Part shown: positions 48,335 through 59,100 of the stretch, in pieces
Layout of the letters: each line of letters starts with the position of its first letter
Position numbering within the stretch: the stretch's first letter is position 1
Assembly: GCA_963665975.1 (NCBI GenBank)
Contig: OY762508.1
Location: forward strand, 2,267,353 to 2,331,352
DNA length: 64,000 nucleotides
Source: Rhodothermales bacterium
Lineage (GTDB): Bacteria; Bacteroidota; Rhodothermia; Rhodothermales; Bin80
Reading direction: 5' to 3'
Notes under the pieces: generated by a model
Seen by the model: the letters and a program-made list of their open reading frames with translations, nothing else
Databases searched by the model: none
What the model was told of the DNA's origin: nothing
Made by a program: the position numbers and the translations under genes

Positions 48335-48529
48335 GTGGGTCCTCGCAAGGTGGTCGGAGAATTTGATGGCGGGCGCATGCCTTTGGATGTTGGCGCACTG
48401 CTCTTGCGGGAGATCAATGAGAAGCGTAACATCTTGGCTCGTATAGCTGAGTGTTTCCCCGGCCGCCGAAGAAAATATGGAGACATCGAAAGAGGATGCG
48501 CCTCTTATTTCTCAAATGCGCTCCCCTAA
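48335..48529 (+). mobile_element. N-terminal fragment of a DDE transposase (IS1380/IS4-type), truncated
   Basis: 64-aa ORF. FDGGRMPLDVGALLLREINEKRNILARIAECFPGRRR matches the F-x-GG-x-L-x-SD-x-G-x-LLLRE-x-D-x-x-LG-x-x-x-R-x-A-x-C pattern of such transposase N-termini as I recall them. No catalytic domain follows. The flank is AT-rich. Confidence 0.45.
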
Positions 48530-48562
48530 TGTTGGGATCGCCACGTGAAATATCCATGAGCC

Positions 48563-48624
48563 CTATAAGCGTGTTATACGCGAATCTATAAGCGCGCGCA
48601 TAAAATCTATAAGCGCGCATAGCA
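48563..48624. repeat. three tandem imperfect 21-23-bp repeats (CTATAAGCG-N-ATA...)
   Basis: Read directly: CTATAAGCGTGTTATACGCGAAT / CTATAAGCGCGCGCATAAAAT / CTATAAGCGCGCATAGCATT, starting at 48563, 48586 and 48607. Confidence 0.5.
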
Positions 48625-50275
48625 TTATGAGGCGAGTTCATAGAAAGCCCATCTACGCCCTCCACGCATGACCAGTTTGCCTGAATCGACCATCCGTCTT
48701 AGGAGGCGAGAAGCTTGATCTCGTCCTGTGCTGCATAAGTGTGTCACGTCCTGGTTACGGATGCGACCGTGTTGCGCAACATAATTGAGCACCATGTGCT
48801 CCTGTTGCGTGCGGTCGAATCCGGCCTGCCGTGTGTAGCCCTCGGGCTTTCCCAGATACTGGTAAATCGCTTGACTGAGTGTGTATGTCCGCCCCCGCTT
48901 AACGCCATGTGGCTGGATTAGCCCTGCTTCCACGAGTCGCTCTAACACGGAACGCGCTGCTCCCGAATCTTTCTGTATAAGCGCAGCGACCTCTCTCATG
49001 TCGCTACGACGCGTCGCCCTGAGGTGCGAGAGGACGAGCAGGCTATCGAGTGGCATGGAACTACCCATGCTGTTTTCCTGCTCAATCACCATCCTCAGAA
49101 AATCCAGATCCGCAGCCGCGCAACTCAACTCTACGACGACGCTGGAGGAATTGCTGCGGGCAAAGTTCGGTGCGCGGCGTCCGTAGCGGAGCAGCCCCTG
49201 GTAGATTAGGTCCACACCTCGACCCGTGCGCTCTGCCAACCCAATACGCTTGAAGGCATCGGCCAGCACAGGGTTGCGAGGTTTGGGCTCTACGACTAAC
49301 AAGTTGTCTATTCCCACACCCTCAACGAAGCTGCCGGGGTTACTTACTGTTAACGCTTTCTTTTCCCAACGGATATAGACGGCGCCTAACTGCGTATAGT
49401 CGCGGTGCGTGAGAGTGTTGATCACGGCCTCTCGGAATGCCCGGTGATCCAGTACAGGCACGGATACCCGAAAAGTCCCACCTGCATCTCTTCTTCGACT
49501 ACGCGGGCGCGATAGAACTGGTCGATGTGCTCATAGAGGCGCACGAGTGGCCAGCGATAGAAATCATTGGCGCGGACAGTGGAGCCGTCGAGTTCCTGCA
49601 ATAAGACTTCATGGGAGGGAATGTACGTGCGGAAGGCCCCCTCGTTGCCGATGAGGAGGAAGCCAGCCACCGTAGGAACACGCTTTCCCCCTGCAGTGGA
49701 GGTCAGCCCCAATGCTCCATTCTGGGAATCATCGCTCAGGTCGAGGAGGGCGCGGTCTCCATGATATTGTTCGATGGCCTGCCGAATGCGCTGGCGCTCC
49801 ACGGAGTCGAGATCCCCCAAGGTTGCTTCGATAATCGGAAGCGCGGCATAATCCAACTGTCGCAGGTAGGAAGCCCGTGTGGCAAACTCGTGTGGCAGGA
49901 AAGGGACACACTCGGGCGTTCCATCTGCGCGTGCGCGTCGTCGTTGCAGCATGCGGTCCGAAGTAGCCACAAGTTGCTCGGAACGGGGCACATGGATCGA
50001 GGCCACGCGCGTTCCTTCTTCTTCGATCAATTCTGTCCGGACACTCAGCGATGGGACAGTCCGGCGAGCAATAATGGCTGCCAGTTGCGTGAGATGCTCG
50101 TGTTCCGGAAGCAACCCAGTTATGCTTCTGTCGTCTTCGACGCCCAGATATAGTGTTCCGCCTTCGGTGTTGGCCGAGCACAAGGCAGCCAAGTCCAAGT
50201 CGCGGTCTGACAGTTTTTCCTGTCACTCTTGAACTCAATTGTCAATGACTCTTTGTCTGGAATACGTCGTGGCAT
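48625..50275 (-). pseudogene. AlbA_2 (Schlafen-like) + HATPase_c_4 + wHTH protein (COG2865, 'RecG-like' regulator), disrupted by two frameshifts
   Basis: Three consecutive reverse-strand ORFs in different frames read colinearly: MPRRIPDKESLTIEFKSDRK (from 50275), then DLAALCSANTEGGTLYLGVEDD ... (49422..50198), then PVLDHRAFREAVINTLTHRDY ... GRGVDLIYQG ... wHTH (48625..49461). The frame changes occur at an A5 run (about 50213-50217) and a T4 run (about 49456-49459). Confidence 0.7.
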
Positions 50276-50488
50276 GACAAACGGATGGGACGATAGACCA
50301 CAAGAATAACATACGACCAATAAGTCAGGCGTCAAGTCCACTCGGTGATAAGACATTGGTATTGCGATACTTGCTGAGTCTGCTTTTCCGCATCGCCAAA
50401 GCAATCCTTGGTCTCACTTGTGGGGGAGAGGCGGTCCAAGCCTTCGTGCCTCGTTTGTAGATTCTACGGGCGAGAATATGTCGCCGCG

Positions 50489-51832
50489 TTACCGAGCAAG
50501 CAGCAGACGCCGTGTTGAGACGTGCTGGCCGGACGTCAACTGTGCGAAGTATACGCCGTTCGGCAGCGCGCCGGCACTCCAGACGTGTTCGTGGTGACCT
50601 GCGCCCAGATGTTGCCGTACGGGGATGGCTGCCACGCGTCCGAGCGCGTCAAAGATGACAAGCGTCGCAAAGCCTGGCTCAGCGAGTTTCCAGGATATCT
50701 GTGTCGCATCGTGGAAGGGGTTGGGGTAGTTGGTCTGCAGACCGAATTCCTGCGGAAGCTCCGCGCCTTCGGCCAGGGTGGGTGCCTCCTCTTGGCGTAG
50801 CGCGATCGATGTAGGCGCAATGCCGGCGGCAAAGCGTGCTATTTCCATTCCGTCGCGACCGTGGATGGAGACGTAGCCTGGGGTCGTAAACCCCATGACG
50901 CCAGGAGCCAGGCGCGCCGCATAGAATTGTTGCGTTTGGGCATCATAGGCGATCCCACCTACATCGTCCTCACCCGAGAGGGTGATCGTTTCCTGCATGG
51001 CATTGGTCGTCGTGGAAAAGACGAGGAGCTCCCGACCATGCAAGAGGAAGGCCTCCTGGCTGCCTGCGGAGTACCATGAATCCTGCCCCAGTGAGGCGGC
51101 GCCTGGCTGGAACTCAAAGTCAAACCGCTGCATGATTTCTCCCGTGGCTCCATTGAGTACCACTACGGCGCCGTTGATGCGTGCGATGACTTCCGTGAAG
51201 TCGTCATTGTAGATGGTTGCGCCTTTACAGAACACCCAGATGTCATGCTCTTCATCGATTTCCAAATGGCGCGGCCCCAAGCAGCCGAGATCAATAGAAT
51301 CCACGACCGTGTCGGTCAGGATGTCGATCACCGTGAGAGTAGAGTCATTCCCGAAGCCGGAATTCGCTACGTAGGCGCGGCCGCGGGTTACGGCAATATC
51401 TTCCGGATTGCTGCCAACATCAATGGCGCCCAGAATGGTTCTTGCACCAAGATCAAGCGTCGTTACGGTATTGGAGTACAAATTGGAAACGTAAGCTTTG
51501 GATCCCGGGGCGACTGCCATGTAACGTGGGCTGGCAACGCCCGGAATCTGCCCGATTCGCTCGTGCGTGGCGAGATCAAGGATGTCCACATTTCCGGAGG
51601 TATTGGACATGACGTAGACGCTGCCGCCCACGAGCGCCACGCTCTGTACGAGCGTGCCGAAGTCTGAGAGGACTTCGGAGGCCTCTCCCGTGACCGGATC
51701 GTAGTATGTGATCGAGCCATTCTTGTCGGAGAAATTACCCTGGTTTGCCACGTAGATGCCCGTGGTCTGTTGCGCCACGGAGAGAGCTGGACATAGAATG
51801 AGCAGTGCGAGAAACAGCGATGATCTGTGCAT
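50489..51832 (-). CDS. YncE-like beta-propeller surface protein with a T9SS C-terminal sorting domain
   Basis: 447 aa. Signal peptide is MHRSSLFLALLILCPALSVAQQ. It has repeated VYVANxG / AYVSN / AYVANSG propeller strands. The C-terminus is NYPNPFHDATQISWKL ... VIFDALGRVAAIPV ... LPNGVYFAQL. Confidence 0.75.
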   Translation of the reverse strand: MHRSSLFLALLILCPALSVAQQTTGIYVANQGNFSDKNGSITYYDPVTGEASEVLSDFGTLVQSVALVGGSVYVMSNTSGNVDILDLATHERIGQIPGVASPRYMAVAPGSKAYVSNLYSNTVTTLDLGARTILGAIDVGSNPEDIAVTRGRAYVANSGFGNDSTLTVIDILTDTVVDSIDLGCLGPRHLEIDEEHDIWVFCKGATIYNDDFTEVIARINGAVVVLNGATGEIMQRFDFEFQPGAASLGQDSWYSAGSQEAFLLHGRELLVFSTTTNAMQETITLSGEDDVGGIAYDAQTQQFYAARLAPGVMGFTTPGYVSIHGRDGMEIARFAAGIAPTSIALRQEEAPTLAEGAELPQEFGLQTNYPNPFHDATQISWKLAEPGFATLVIFDALGRVAAIPVRQHLGAGHHEHVWSAGALPNGVYFAQLTSGQHVSTRRLLLAR

Positions 51833-51842
51833 GGAAGGTGGG

Positions 51843-53675
51843 TTAGTAGATGGTTGCAGAAAGTCCTATGCGCCCAAGGCGTGGAGGCATCGGGTAAGAG
51901 GGCATGACCTCGTATCGGAGATTGAAGACGTTTTCGGCGGCAGCGCTCACCGTAAGCGCAACATTCCCAACACGCTGGTCCAACTCCAGGCTGCCGTCAA
52001 TAAGGGTGAACGGGACAAGGGACGAAGAGCCGTCTGTAGTGATAAAGCGTCTGCCTACGTAGCGCGCCGAGGCGCTAAGCCGTGCAAATCCCAGGTGTAG
52101 CGAGAGGTGGCTCTTGCCCTGATGGCGGGGCAGGAGTCGCACATAGGACGGCGCGGTCTGATCACTCCAGTCACGCGCGTCGGTCAGCGTATAGAAGAAT
52201 CCACCGGAGAGGTGCGCCATCTCCCACCGCCACTCGTAAGAAGTCTCCAGACCACGTGAATGGATCCGTCCCAGGTTCACCGGCGCCCAGTAGCCGCCTT
52301 CTGACGGTAGCCACTGAATCTGGTCCGTTACTCGGGATAGAAACGCAGATGCCTCAAGCCTGCCACCCCGGTGTTCCAGCCGGAGGCCCAGATCCGTACT
52401 CCAGCCATGCTCGGGCCTGAGGTCACTCCTGCCACCCGGTTGCCAGAATCGGTCATTGAAGGTGGGATTACGGAAGAATCGCCCGGCAGAAGACTTCAGA
52501 TGTAACGCCGGCCGGGACAGCAGGCGCAGGTTCAGTCCCAGGCGAGGGTTGAATTGCACAAGGAGGGGCTCACCCGGACGGTGGTATGCGTCAGCGCGGA
52601 GAGCAGGATAGAGGCGCAGACTCCCGGCGCGAATAGTTGCTGAAGCAAAGGCAGCCGCATACTGTTCGGAAGCGTTGCTTTGCAGCCTCGGATGACGGGC
52701 ACGGGCATAGCCCTGCGAAAGCCCCGTAATCAGGTCGAAGTTTTCTCCTGACCGTAGTCGGACATCGGCGTCTAACGACGAGACAAACGTTCTTCCCGTA
52801 TTATCCAGGTCAAGTTGCGGATTGACATAGCGCAGTGATCCCGACTGTGCAAGCCCGCTCAGACGCAGCCTGCCCAGGTTTCCGCCCGCGAGTACACGCA
52901 GGTGTCTGTCCCATTGCCGCTCATCGTCAGCCAGGATGGAGCCGATTGTCGGCAGCCCACGCTCCGAATCATTATACCACGCGGTCATGTGCCACGTCTC
53001 CATGGCGAAGGCGGAATACAGCGACAGCCGACGCCGATCAGCGCCTGTCCGGCGCACCTCCTGCGGTGGAAACAGGCTATTGTTGAGGTATGGCCAGTCG
53101 GCGCGAGCGGCATTTGCTTCGACCGCTACAACACCGGAGACGCTGCCAAGCTGGCCGGATGCCAACGCCGAGCCGGTACGCTCTCCGTACGCTCCGGCGA
53201 TTCCCTTGACCGTGAGGAGCCTTTCGCCGGGACGGATCGTGCGCAGGTTCACCACGCCGCCCAGCGCATCGGTACCGTAGAGCGCGGATCCCACGCCGTG
53301 CATCACCTCCACCGATTGCAACAGGACGGTGGGTAGCAGCGACAGGTCGAGTTGCCCAAGTTGCGGACTTGCAATACGGTGTCCGTCCAGTAGTACCAGC
53401 GTCTGCGAGGCCGTGCTGCCACGAAGGGACATGGAGGCAAGTCCACCCCCGCCATAGCGCCGAATGAACACGCCGGAGCGCCGCGCAAGCAATTCCGCCA
53501 TGTTCTGCGCGGCAGCTTCACTCATGGATTCGGCGTCCAACACGGTGACACGTGCCGGTGCCTCCAGGAGATGAGTGCGGAGTCGCGTGGCGGTAACCGT
53601 GACGGTCGGCAGACGGAGCGTGGTGTCTGCGAGTGACGGCTGCAAACCCTGCAGAAGGAGAAAAATGCGCAGCAT
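51843..53675 (-). CDS. TonB-dependent receptor (BtuB-like, under a cobalamin riboswitch)
   Basis: 610 aa. The plug is VTVLDAESM ... GGLASMSLRGSTASQTLVLLDGHRI ... VEVMHGVGSALYGTDALGGVVNL. The barrel ends GLSATIY. The cobalamin riboswitch lies directly upstream. Confidence 0.85.
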   Translation of the reverse strand: MLRIFLLLQGLQPSLADTTLRLPTVTVTATRLRTHLLEAPARVTVLDAESMSEAAAQNMAELLARRSGVFIRRYGGGGLASMSLRGSTASQTLVLLDGHRIASPQLGQLDLSLLPTVLLQSVEVMHGVGSALYGTDALGGVVNLRTIRPGERLLTVKGIAGAYGERTGSALASGQLGSVSGVVAVEANAARADWPYLNNSLFPPQEVRRTGADRRRLSLYSAFAMETWHMTAWYNDSERGLPTIGSILADDERQWDRHLRVLAGGNLGRLRLSGLAQSGSLRYVNPQLDLDNTGRTFVSSLDADVRLRSGENFDLITGLSQGYARARHPRLQSNASEQYAAAFASATIRAGSLRLYPALRADAYHRPGEPLLVQFNPRLGLNLRLLSRPALHLKSSAGRFFRNPTFNDRFWQPGGRSDLRPEHGWSTDLGLRLEHRGGRLEASAFLSRVTDQIQWLPSEGGYWAPVNLGRIHSRGLETSYEWRWEMAHLSGGFFYTLTDARDWSDQTAPSYVRLLPRHQGKSHLSLHLGFARLSASARYVGRRFITTDGSSSLVPFTLIDGSLELDQRVGNVALTVSAAAENVFNLRYEVMPSYPMPPRLGRIGLSATIY

Positions 53676-53711
53676 AAAAAAGCCCGAATCTCAATCTTGA
53701 GGTTCGGGCTG
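53676..53711 (-). terminator. intrinsic terminator (riboswitch expression platform)
   Basis: The reverse strand reads AGCCCGAA-CCUCAAGAUUGAGA-UUCGGGCU followed by UUUUUU and then immediately AUG (53675). Confidence 0.7.
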
Positions 53712-53854
53712 CTGTCACCACGCGGAAACATCCATGCGTCAGGGGACACCATGCCTCGAACCTCAATTCCCGGAGGTGATCGGCTAATCCAGCCTTCGGC
53801 AGATCTCCTGACTCGCCACCTGCATGTTTCCACAGAAACACGCTGTCGGGGATA

Positions 53855-53990
53855 CAGCATACAGCCTTCCCATCGTTAGACAGTGACTGCGTGCTACCAA
53901 CATCCCCGAACTTCGGGTGGCCTACAGTTGCGGGTACAGTTCCGGCATGTCCTCAACAGCGGAGGCACCGGATTCCCTCTTAGCCCCGAC
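53855..53990 (-). promoter_or_regulatory. cobalamin (B12) riboswitch aptamer
   Basis: The reverse strand reads GUCGGGGCUAAGAGGGAAUCCGGUGCC...GCCGGAACUGUACCCGCAACUGUAGG ... GCAGUCACUGUCUAACGAUGGGAAGGCUGU...CCCCGAC. The conserved AGGGAA-CCGGUG, CCCGCAACUGUA and (G)CCACUG...GGGAAGGC blocks are present. P1 is GUCGGGG/CCCCGAC. Confidence 0.85.
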
Positions 53991-54234
53991 CCTTACACGG
54001 GTTTGGGGACCGATAGGCCTATGGAAAGGAACTCGGCCAAACATAATCGTCCAAGGTGCAGATGTCAAGGAAAAAGCACCCCTTTGTCAGAGGAATTATT
54101 CGAATGTCATCGAAAGAGAGCAGTCAAGTGCTGTAAATTCTCCTTTCATAGACCAGGTCTACATTGCTTGCTGATCACGCCTGTTGCGCCTACTATTACT
54201 GCCGGGCAAATACGTACTCAAATTCATAGGTCCC

Positions 54235-54654
54235 ATGAAAACAACGTTAACAGCAACCATAGCCATTATCCTTGCACTGGCCGTTTCGGCTGCGTACCAG
54301 CAGCCTCAGGCGCTGGAAGCCTGTCCCGAAGGCACGGATCCGTACGTGGAATACCGGCTCTTCTTCGGCCGCAGCACTGCGGACGGCACGGTGTCGGATG
54401 CCGACTGGGATGCATTCCTGGCCAGCGAGGTTACAAGCAGATTTCCGGAAGGGTTGACCGTTCTGGATGCCTACGGGCAGTGGCAGAGTAGGTTAAACGA
54501 GTTGCTCCGCGAACATAGCAAGATCGTGCTGATTGTGGCGCCGCCAGGGGGCTTAGCTAAGGAGCACGCCAAGTCGATAGCCGATGCGTACAAGAGTCGG
54601 TTCGATCAAGAATCCGTCCTGTTGGTGGTAACGGATGTTTGTGCTGCCTTCTAA
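54235..54654 (+). CDS. DUF3574-like secreted protein
   Basis: ORF 54184..54654. The signal peptide from ATG 54235 is MKTTLTATIAIILALAVSAAY. YRLFFGRSTADGTVSDADWDAFLASEVTSRFPEGLTVLDAYGQW resembles DUF3574 as I remember it. Confidence 0.55.
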   Translation: MKTTLTATIAIILALAVSAAYQQPQALEACPEGTDPYVEYRLFFGRSTADGTVSDADWDAFLASEVTSRFPEGLTVLDAYGQWQSRLNELLREHSKIVLIVAPPGGLAKEHAKSIADAYKSRFDQESVLLVVTDVCAAF

Positions 54655-54693
54655 GCCCCCGGTAGCGAAGCGGGTCGTCAATCCAGCCGATTC

Positions 54694-56136
54694 TTAGGAC
54701 AGTATGCCGTGTACCACGTGGGCTTCCTCGACGCCTGTCAGCTTGTGGTCAAGGCCACGGAATTTGACCGTCAACCGCTCGTGATTAATACCGAGTTGGT
54801 GCAGTAAGGTAGCATTCAAATCACGGATATGGACAGGGTGCTCGACGATGTTGTAGGAGAAATCATCCGTCTTGCCGTACTCGTAACCAGCCTTTACGCC
54901 GCCACCGGCAACCCATAGCGCGAAGCATCGACCGTGGTGGTCCCGCCCGGAACTGGGGTGCCCTAACGTTCCCTGACTATATACCGTGCGCCCGAATTCG
55001 CCGCCCCATATAACCAGTGTGTCATCCAGCAGTCCGCGACGCTTCAAATCCTTGACCAAGGCAGCCGACGCCTGGTCTACATCACGACACTGGGCCGGCA
55101 ATTGCGACTGTAGCGCTATGTGCTGATCCCATCCTCGATGGAAGAGCTGCACGAAACGTACGCCACGCTCGACCATACGCCGGGCGAGTAGACAGTTGGC
55201 GGCGTAGCTGCCGGGCTTGCGCGACTCTGCGCCGTACAGGTTAAAGACTTCGTCCGGCTCATCCGAAAGATCCATCAGGTCTGGGACGGCAGTCTGCATA
55301 CGATAGGCCATTTCGTAGGCCTCGACGCGAGCCAGCGTCTCCGGGTCTCCCACGGCCTCCGCCTCACGCAGGTTGAGCGCTGCAAGGTCGTCCAACATCT
55401 TGCGCCGCTGCGCGCGCGAAACGCCCGGAGGATCGGCCAGGTACAGCACCGGGTTGACACCCGGGCGCAACAGTACGCCCTGATGGCTGGAAGGCAAGTA
55501 GCCGCTACCCCACAAGCGGGCAAATATTGGCTGGCCAGGATTCTTTCCCGTGCCCTGCGAAAGCAGTACGACGTACGCCGGCAGGTTCTCATTCTCGCTC
55601 CCCAACCCGTAGCTCAGCCAGGACCCGAGACTCGCATGTCCAATCTGCTGCGAACCTGTATTGATGAAAGTGATAGCCGGATCGTGATTGATCGCCTCGG
55701 TATACATTGACTTGATGAGGCAGATATCGTCGGCGATCGTCTGAATATGAGGCAAGAGGTCGCTGATCCACGTACCGTGCATGCCGCACCGGCGCATGGG
55801 CCACCACGGCGCCACCACCGGAAACGACTGTTGGTGCGCCGTCATGCCGGTAAGGCGCTGTGTGCCTCGCACGGAGTCTGGAAGCTCGGTCGTATGCAAC
55901 TCCTGCTGCACAGGCTTGTAGTCGAACAAGTCGACATGCGAGGGACCACCGGACTGGAAAAGGTAGATGACGTGTTTCGCCTTGGGCACGAAATGTGGAA
56001 GTCCGTTCCTTCGGGGTTTACCCACCAGCCCCGGAAACAGCAAGGAGGCCAGGCCCAACCGGCCAATGCCGCGTGCGGCTTTTCCCAGAAAGGTGCGCCG
56101 TGTAAGCGCGCGCTCGTAGTGAAGGAGAGGGTGCAT
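54694..56136 (-). CDS. DUF1501 domain protein (sulfatase-like fold), Tat signal
   Basis: 480 aa. The N-terminus is [21 protein letters not shown]. Motifs seen: [20 protein letters not shown] and the C-terminal GRDHH ... GGG. Confidence 0.85.
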   Translation of the reverse strand: MHPLLHYERALTRRTFLGKAARGIGRLGLASLLFPGLVGKPRRNGLPHFVPKAKHVIYLFQSGGPSHVDLFDYKPVQQELHTTELPDSVRGTQRLTGMTAHQQSFPVVAPWWPMRRCGMHGTWISDLLPHIQTIADDICLIKSMYTEAINHDPAITFINTGSQQIGHASLGSWLSYGLGSENENLPAYVVLLSQGTGKNPGQPIFARLWGSGYLPSSHQGVLLRPGVNPVLYLADPPGVSRAQRRKMLDDLAALNLREAEAVGDPETLARVEAYEMAYRMQTAVPDLMDLSDEPDEVFNLYGAESRKPGSYAANCLLARRMVERGVRFVQLFHRGWDQHIALQSQLPAQCRDVDQASAALVKDLKRRGLLDDTLVIWGGEFGRTVYSQGTLGHPSSGRDHHGRCFALWVAGGGVKAGYEYGKTDDFSYNIVEHPVHIRDLNATLLHQLGINHERLTVKFRGLDHKLTGVEEAHVVHGILS

Positions 56137-56143
56137 GGCAGCG

Positions 56144-59100
56144 TCAGTCCCTGGTAATGGTCTCGCTGAGATTGAGCAGCAGGCTGGCGACAGTCATCCA
56201 TGCGGCATGCTCACGGGTGTCAAGCAGTTCGCTCCGTGGCGATTCCCCAATGCTTAAGTACTGCTGGGCGCGGTCAGGATCGCGCCCAAAGGTCGCCAGT
56301 TCTTCCTCGAGACGGTTTCGGAGAATGGTCATTGTGGCACGATCCGGCACGCGACCGGTCACCTCCTGGTAAGCAAAACGCAGACGGGTGTCGCGGTCGC
56401 CGGACGTCTCCAGTAAGACCCGCTCGGCGAAGGCCCGACTGGCCTCCACGAACTGGGGGTCATTGAGAAGCACCAAGGCCTGAAGAGGCGTGTTGGTGAC
56501 CTCTCGCGTGACCGTGCAGACCTCTCTCGTCGGCGCATCGAACATGAGCATTGATGGCGGCGGTGCGGTTCGCTTCCAGTAGGTGTACAGGCTCCGGCGG
56601 TATAGCTTATCGGCGTGGTCCTGCACGAAGACTTGTGCGGTAGCTGGCGTGCTGCCATAGTGGCTGATTTCCTTCCACAGTCCAGCAGGCTGGTACGGAT
56701 GTACGCTCGGACCACCCAATTGCGGGACCATCAAGCCACTCACCTGAAGGGCGAGGTCACGAATGAATTCGGCCTGCAAGCGGAATCGGGGACCACGCGC
56801 CAGGAGTCGATTCTGCGGATCGTGCGCCAGGAGATCATCGCTCGTAACGGACTGCTGGCGATAGGCGGCGGACAGAACAATCTGCTTGAGCAGGGCCTTA
56901 ACATTCCAGTCGCTGTTGATGAACTCTACCGCCAGCCAATCCAACAGAGCGGGATGGCTGGGCAGGGCTCCTCGCATCCCAAAGTCCGCAGCTGTAGATA
57001 CGAGCCCCGTGCCAAAGAGCATCTGCCAGAATCGGTTGACGGCGACACGCGCAGTAAGAGGATGATCCTTTTCGGTTAGCCAAAGTGCCAGGTCCAATCG
57101 AGATGCAGTCGCGCCGTCAGACATAGGTGGAAGGACAGATGGGACGCCCGGATCCACGCGGTACAAAGGCTGATCGTACTGCCCTCGGTTCAATACAAAT
57201 GTTTCCCGCGGTTTTGCAGCCACGTTCATCACCATGGTGGAGTGTGTTCCGGTCAGCACATCTAGCCGCTCTTCCAGATTCTCGACTTGGTAGCGCAGTG
57301 ATGCTACCTGTAGGCTGGTAGCCGCAAAAAATGCCCGGAGGCGCTCCTTCGCCTCCGATGTTCGTCGCGCCGGGTCGGTATATAGGATCTCCGCTTCATC
57401 CGAGGGCACTGATGAGCCGTCATCAGTGCCCTCCATCGCCAGGACCCGAAAATGTCCTCCAATCAGGTTGTCTCCCGCTCCAAAGTTCAGCATCAAGGTG
57501 ACAAATGGCGTCTCAGTGGGATCGATCGGTTCCTCGAGGGTGAGCGTGATGTGCTGCGAACTCCGGTTTTGTGGGTGCGGAGACCAGCCGTTGATGCGCC
57601 GCTCGTCCAGCGCGGCATTGGCCGGATAGTCCGGGTGAGCATGACTTGCCGTCACGCGGCGAATAGGCTGCGTAAGATGAGGGTCAACTTGATCCGATGG
57701 CAGGGCATCCTTGCTGACATGGACGCTCGTTAATATGAAGGAACCGTCCAGTCGCGCCCCGTGGCCAATAGAGCCTTGGCGGATGTGAGGATGCGGGGAG
57801 AATATGATGCGGAGGCCACTGAGCGGCTGGCTACCGGCCTCGCCATCCAGGCGGAGCGACACATTGTATGCCGCGAGGCCGCCTGGCTGCCCGATAAACA
57901 CGGAGCCGTCAGGAAGGATTTCTCCGGTGTAGCCGGAGTTAGGCGTGGTCACCTTAAGGACCCGAACCGGGTGCAGGGCAAGGCCTCGGCCGCGTTCTGC
58001 GAGCTCACGGCGCATGGACTCTTCCCAGACCGGTTGCTTGTGGTGGTCAGACGCCAGCGTGGCACGCAGACGGACGAGCTCTTCACGGATGGCCGTGATT
58101 TCCTCCTCGGACGCGAGTAAGGTGCTGGCCTGCATGGACGGCAAGGCATTCACGCCGGCATCTCCGTCAAGTCCACGATCTTCAATCGTGTTAAAGAAGG
58201 CGAAAAAGCGGTAGTAGTCCTGTTGCGTGATAGGATCGTACTTGTGGTCGTGGCACTGGGCACAAGCCATCGTCAATCCCAGGAAGACTTCTCCGGTCGT
58301 CTTTACGCGGTCAGCCACATAATTTGTCAGGTTCTCTTCGGGAATCGTACCGCCTTCGTGCGTAATCATGTGATTGCGGTGGAATCCCGTGGCCACCAGC
58401 TGTGCTTCGGTAGGCTGCTCCAACAGGTCGCCAGCCAGTTGCTCAATGATGAACGTATCAAAGGGTTTGTTCTCGTTGAACGCATGTATTACCCAGTCGC
58501 GCCACAGCCACAAATGGCGGCCCCCGTCTATAGAATATCCATTGGTATCGGCAAAGCGTGCTAGATCCAGCCAGAAAACCGCCATGCGCTCGCCAAAATG
58601 AGGCGAGGCAAGTAGCTCGTCGACCAGTAGCTCGACGGCATCATCCCGCGAGTCCTGAACAAATGACTGCACGCGGGCACTTGATGGCGGTAGCCCCGCC
58701 AGATCCAGGTACAGTCGCCGGATCAATGTGTAGCGGTCCGCCTCGCGGCTTGGCTCCAGCCCCTCGCGTTCCAGGCGCGCCAGGACAAAATGATCTATGG
58801 GATTTCTGGCCCAATTGCTGGCCCGCGTCACAGGAATATCCACACGGCTTGGCGGGATAAAGGCCCAGTGCGGCTTCCATTCTGCGCCCTGGCGAACCCA
58901 CTCTTTCAGGACCTCTGCCTGATATTCCGTTAGCGCCCTAGGCGCTTCGGGCGGCGGCATACGGTCCTTCGCAATCGGTGATGTTATCCGCCGGATTAAC
59001 TCACTCTTGGCAGGATCTCCAGGTACTACAACGCGCCGCGTGGAATCGTCCCGCAACGCAGCGAACAGGCCATGCTCAGTGTGTAGCTCCAGGTCGGCCT

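Noticed and set aside
48563-48624. CRISPR array
   Set aside because: There are only three imperfect repeats of 21-23 bp placed directly adjacent without spacers, and no cas genes. No other CRISPR-like periodicity was seen in the window.
53883-54491. 202-aa ORF on the + strand between the riboswitch and the DUF3574 gene
   Set aside because: It overlaps the cobalamin aptamer antisense and the better-supported DUF3574 ORF in another frame. Its composition is not protein-like.
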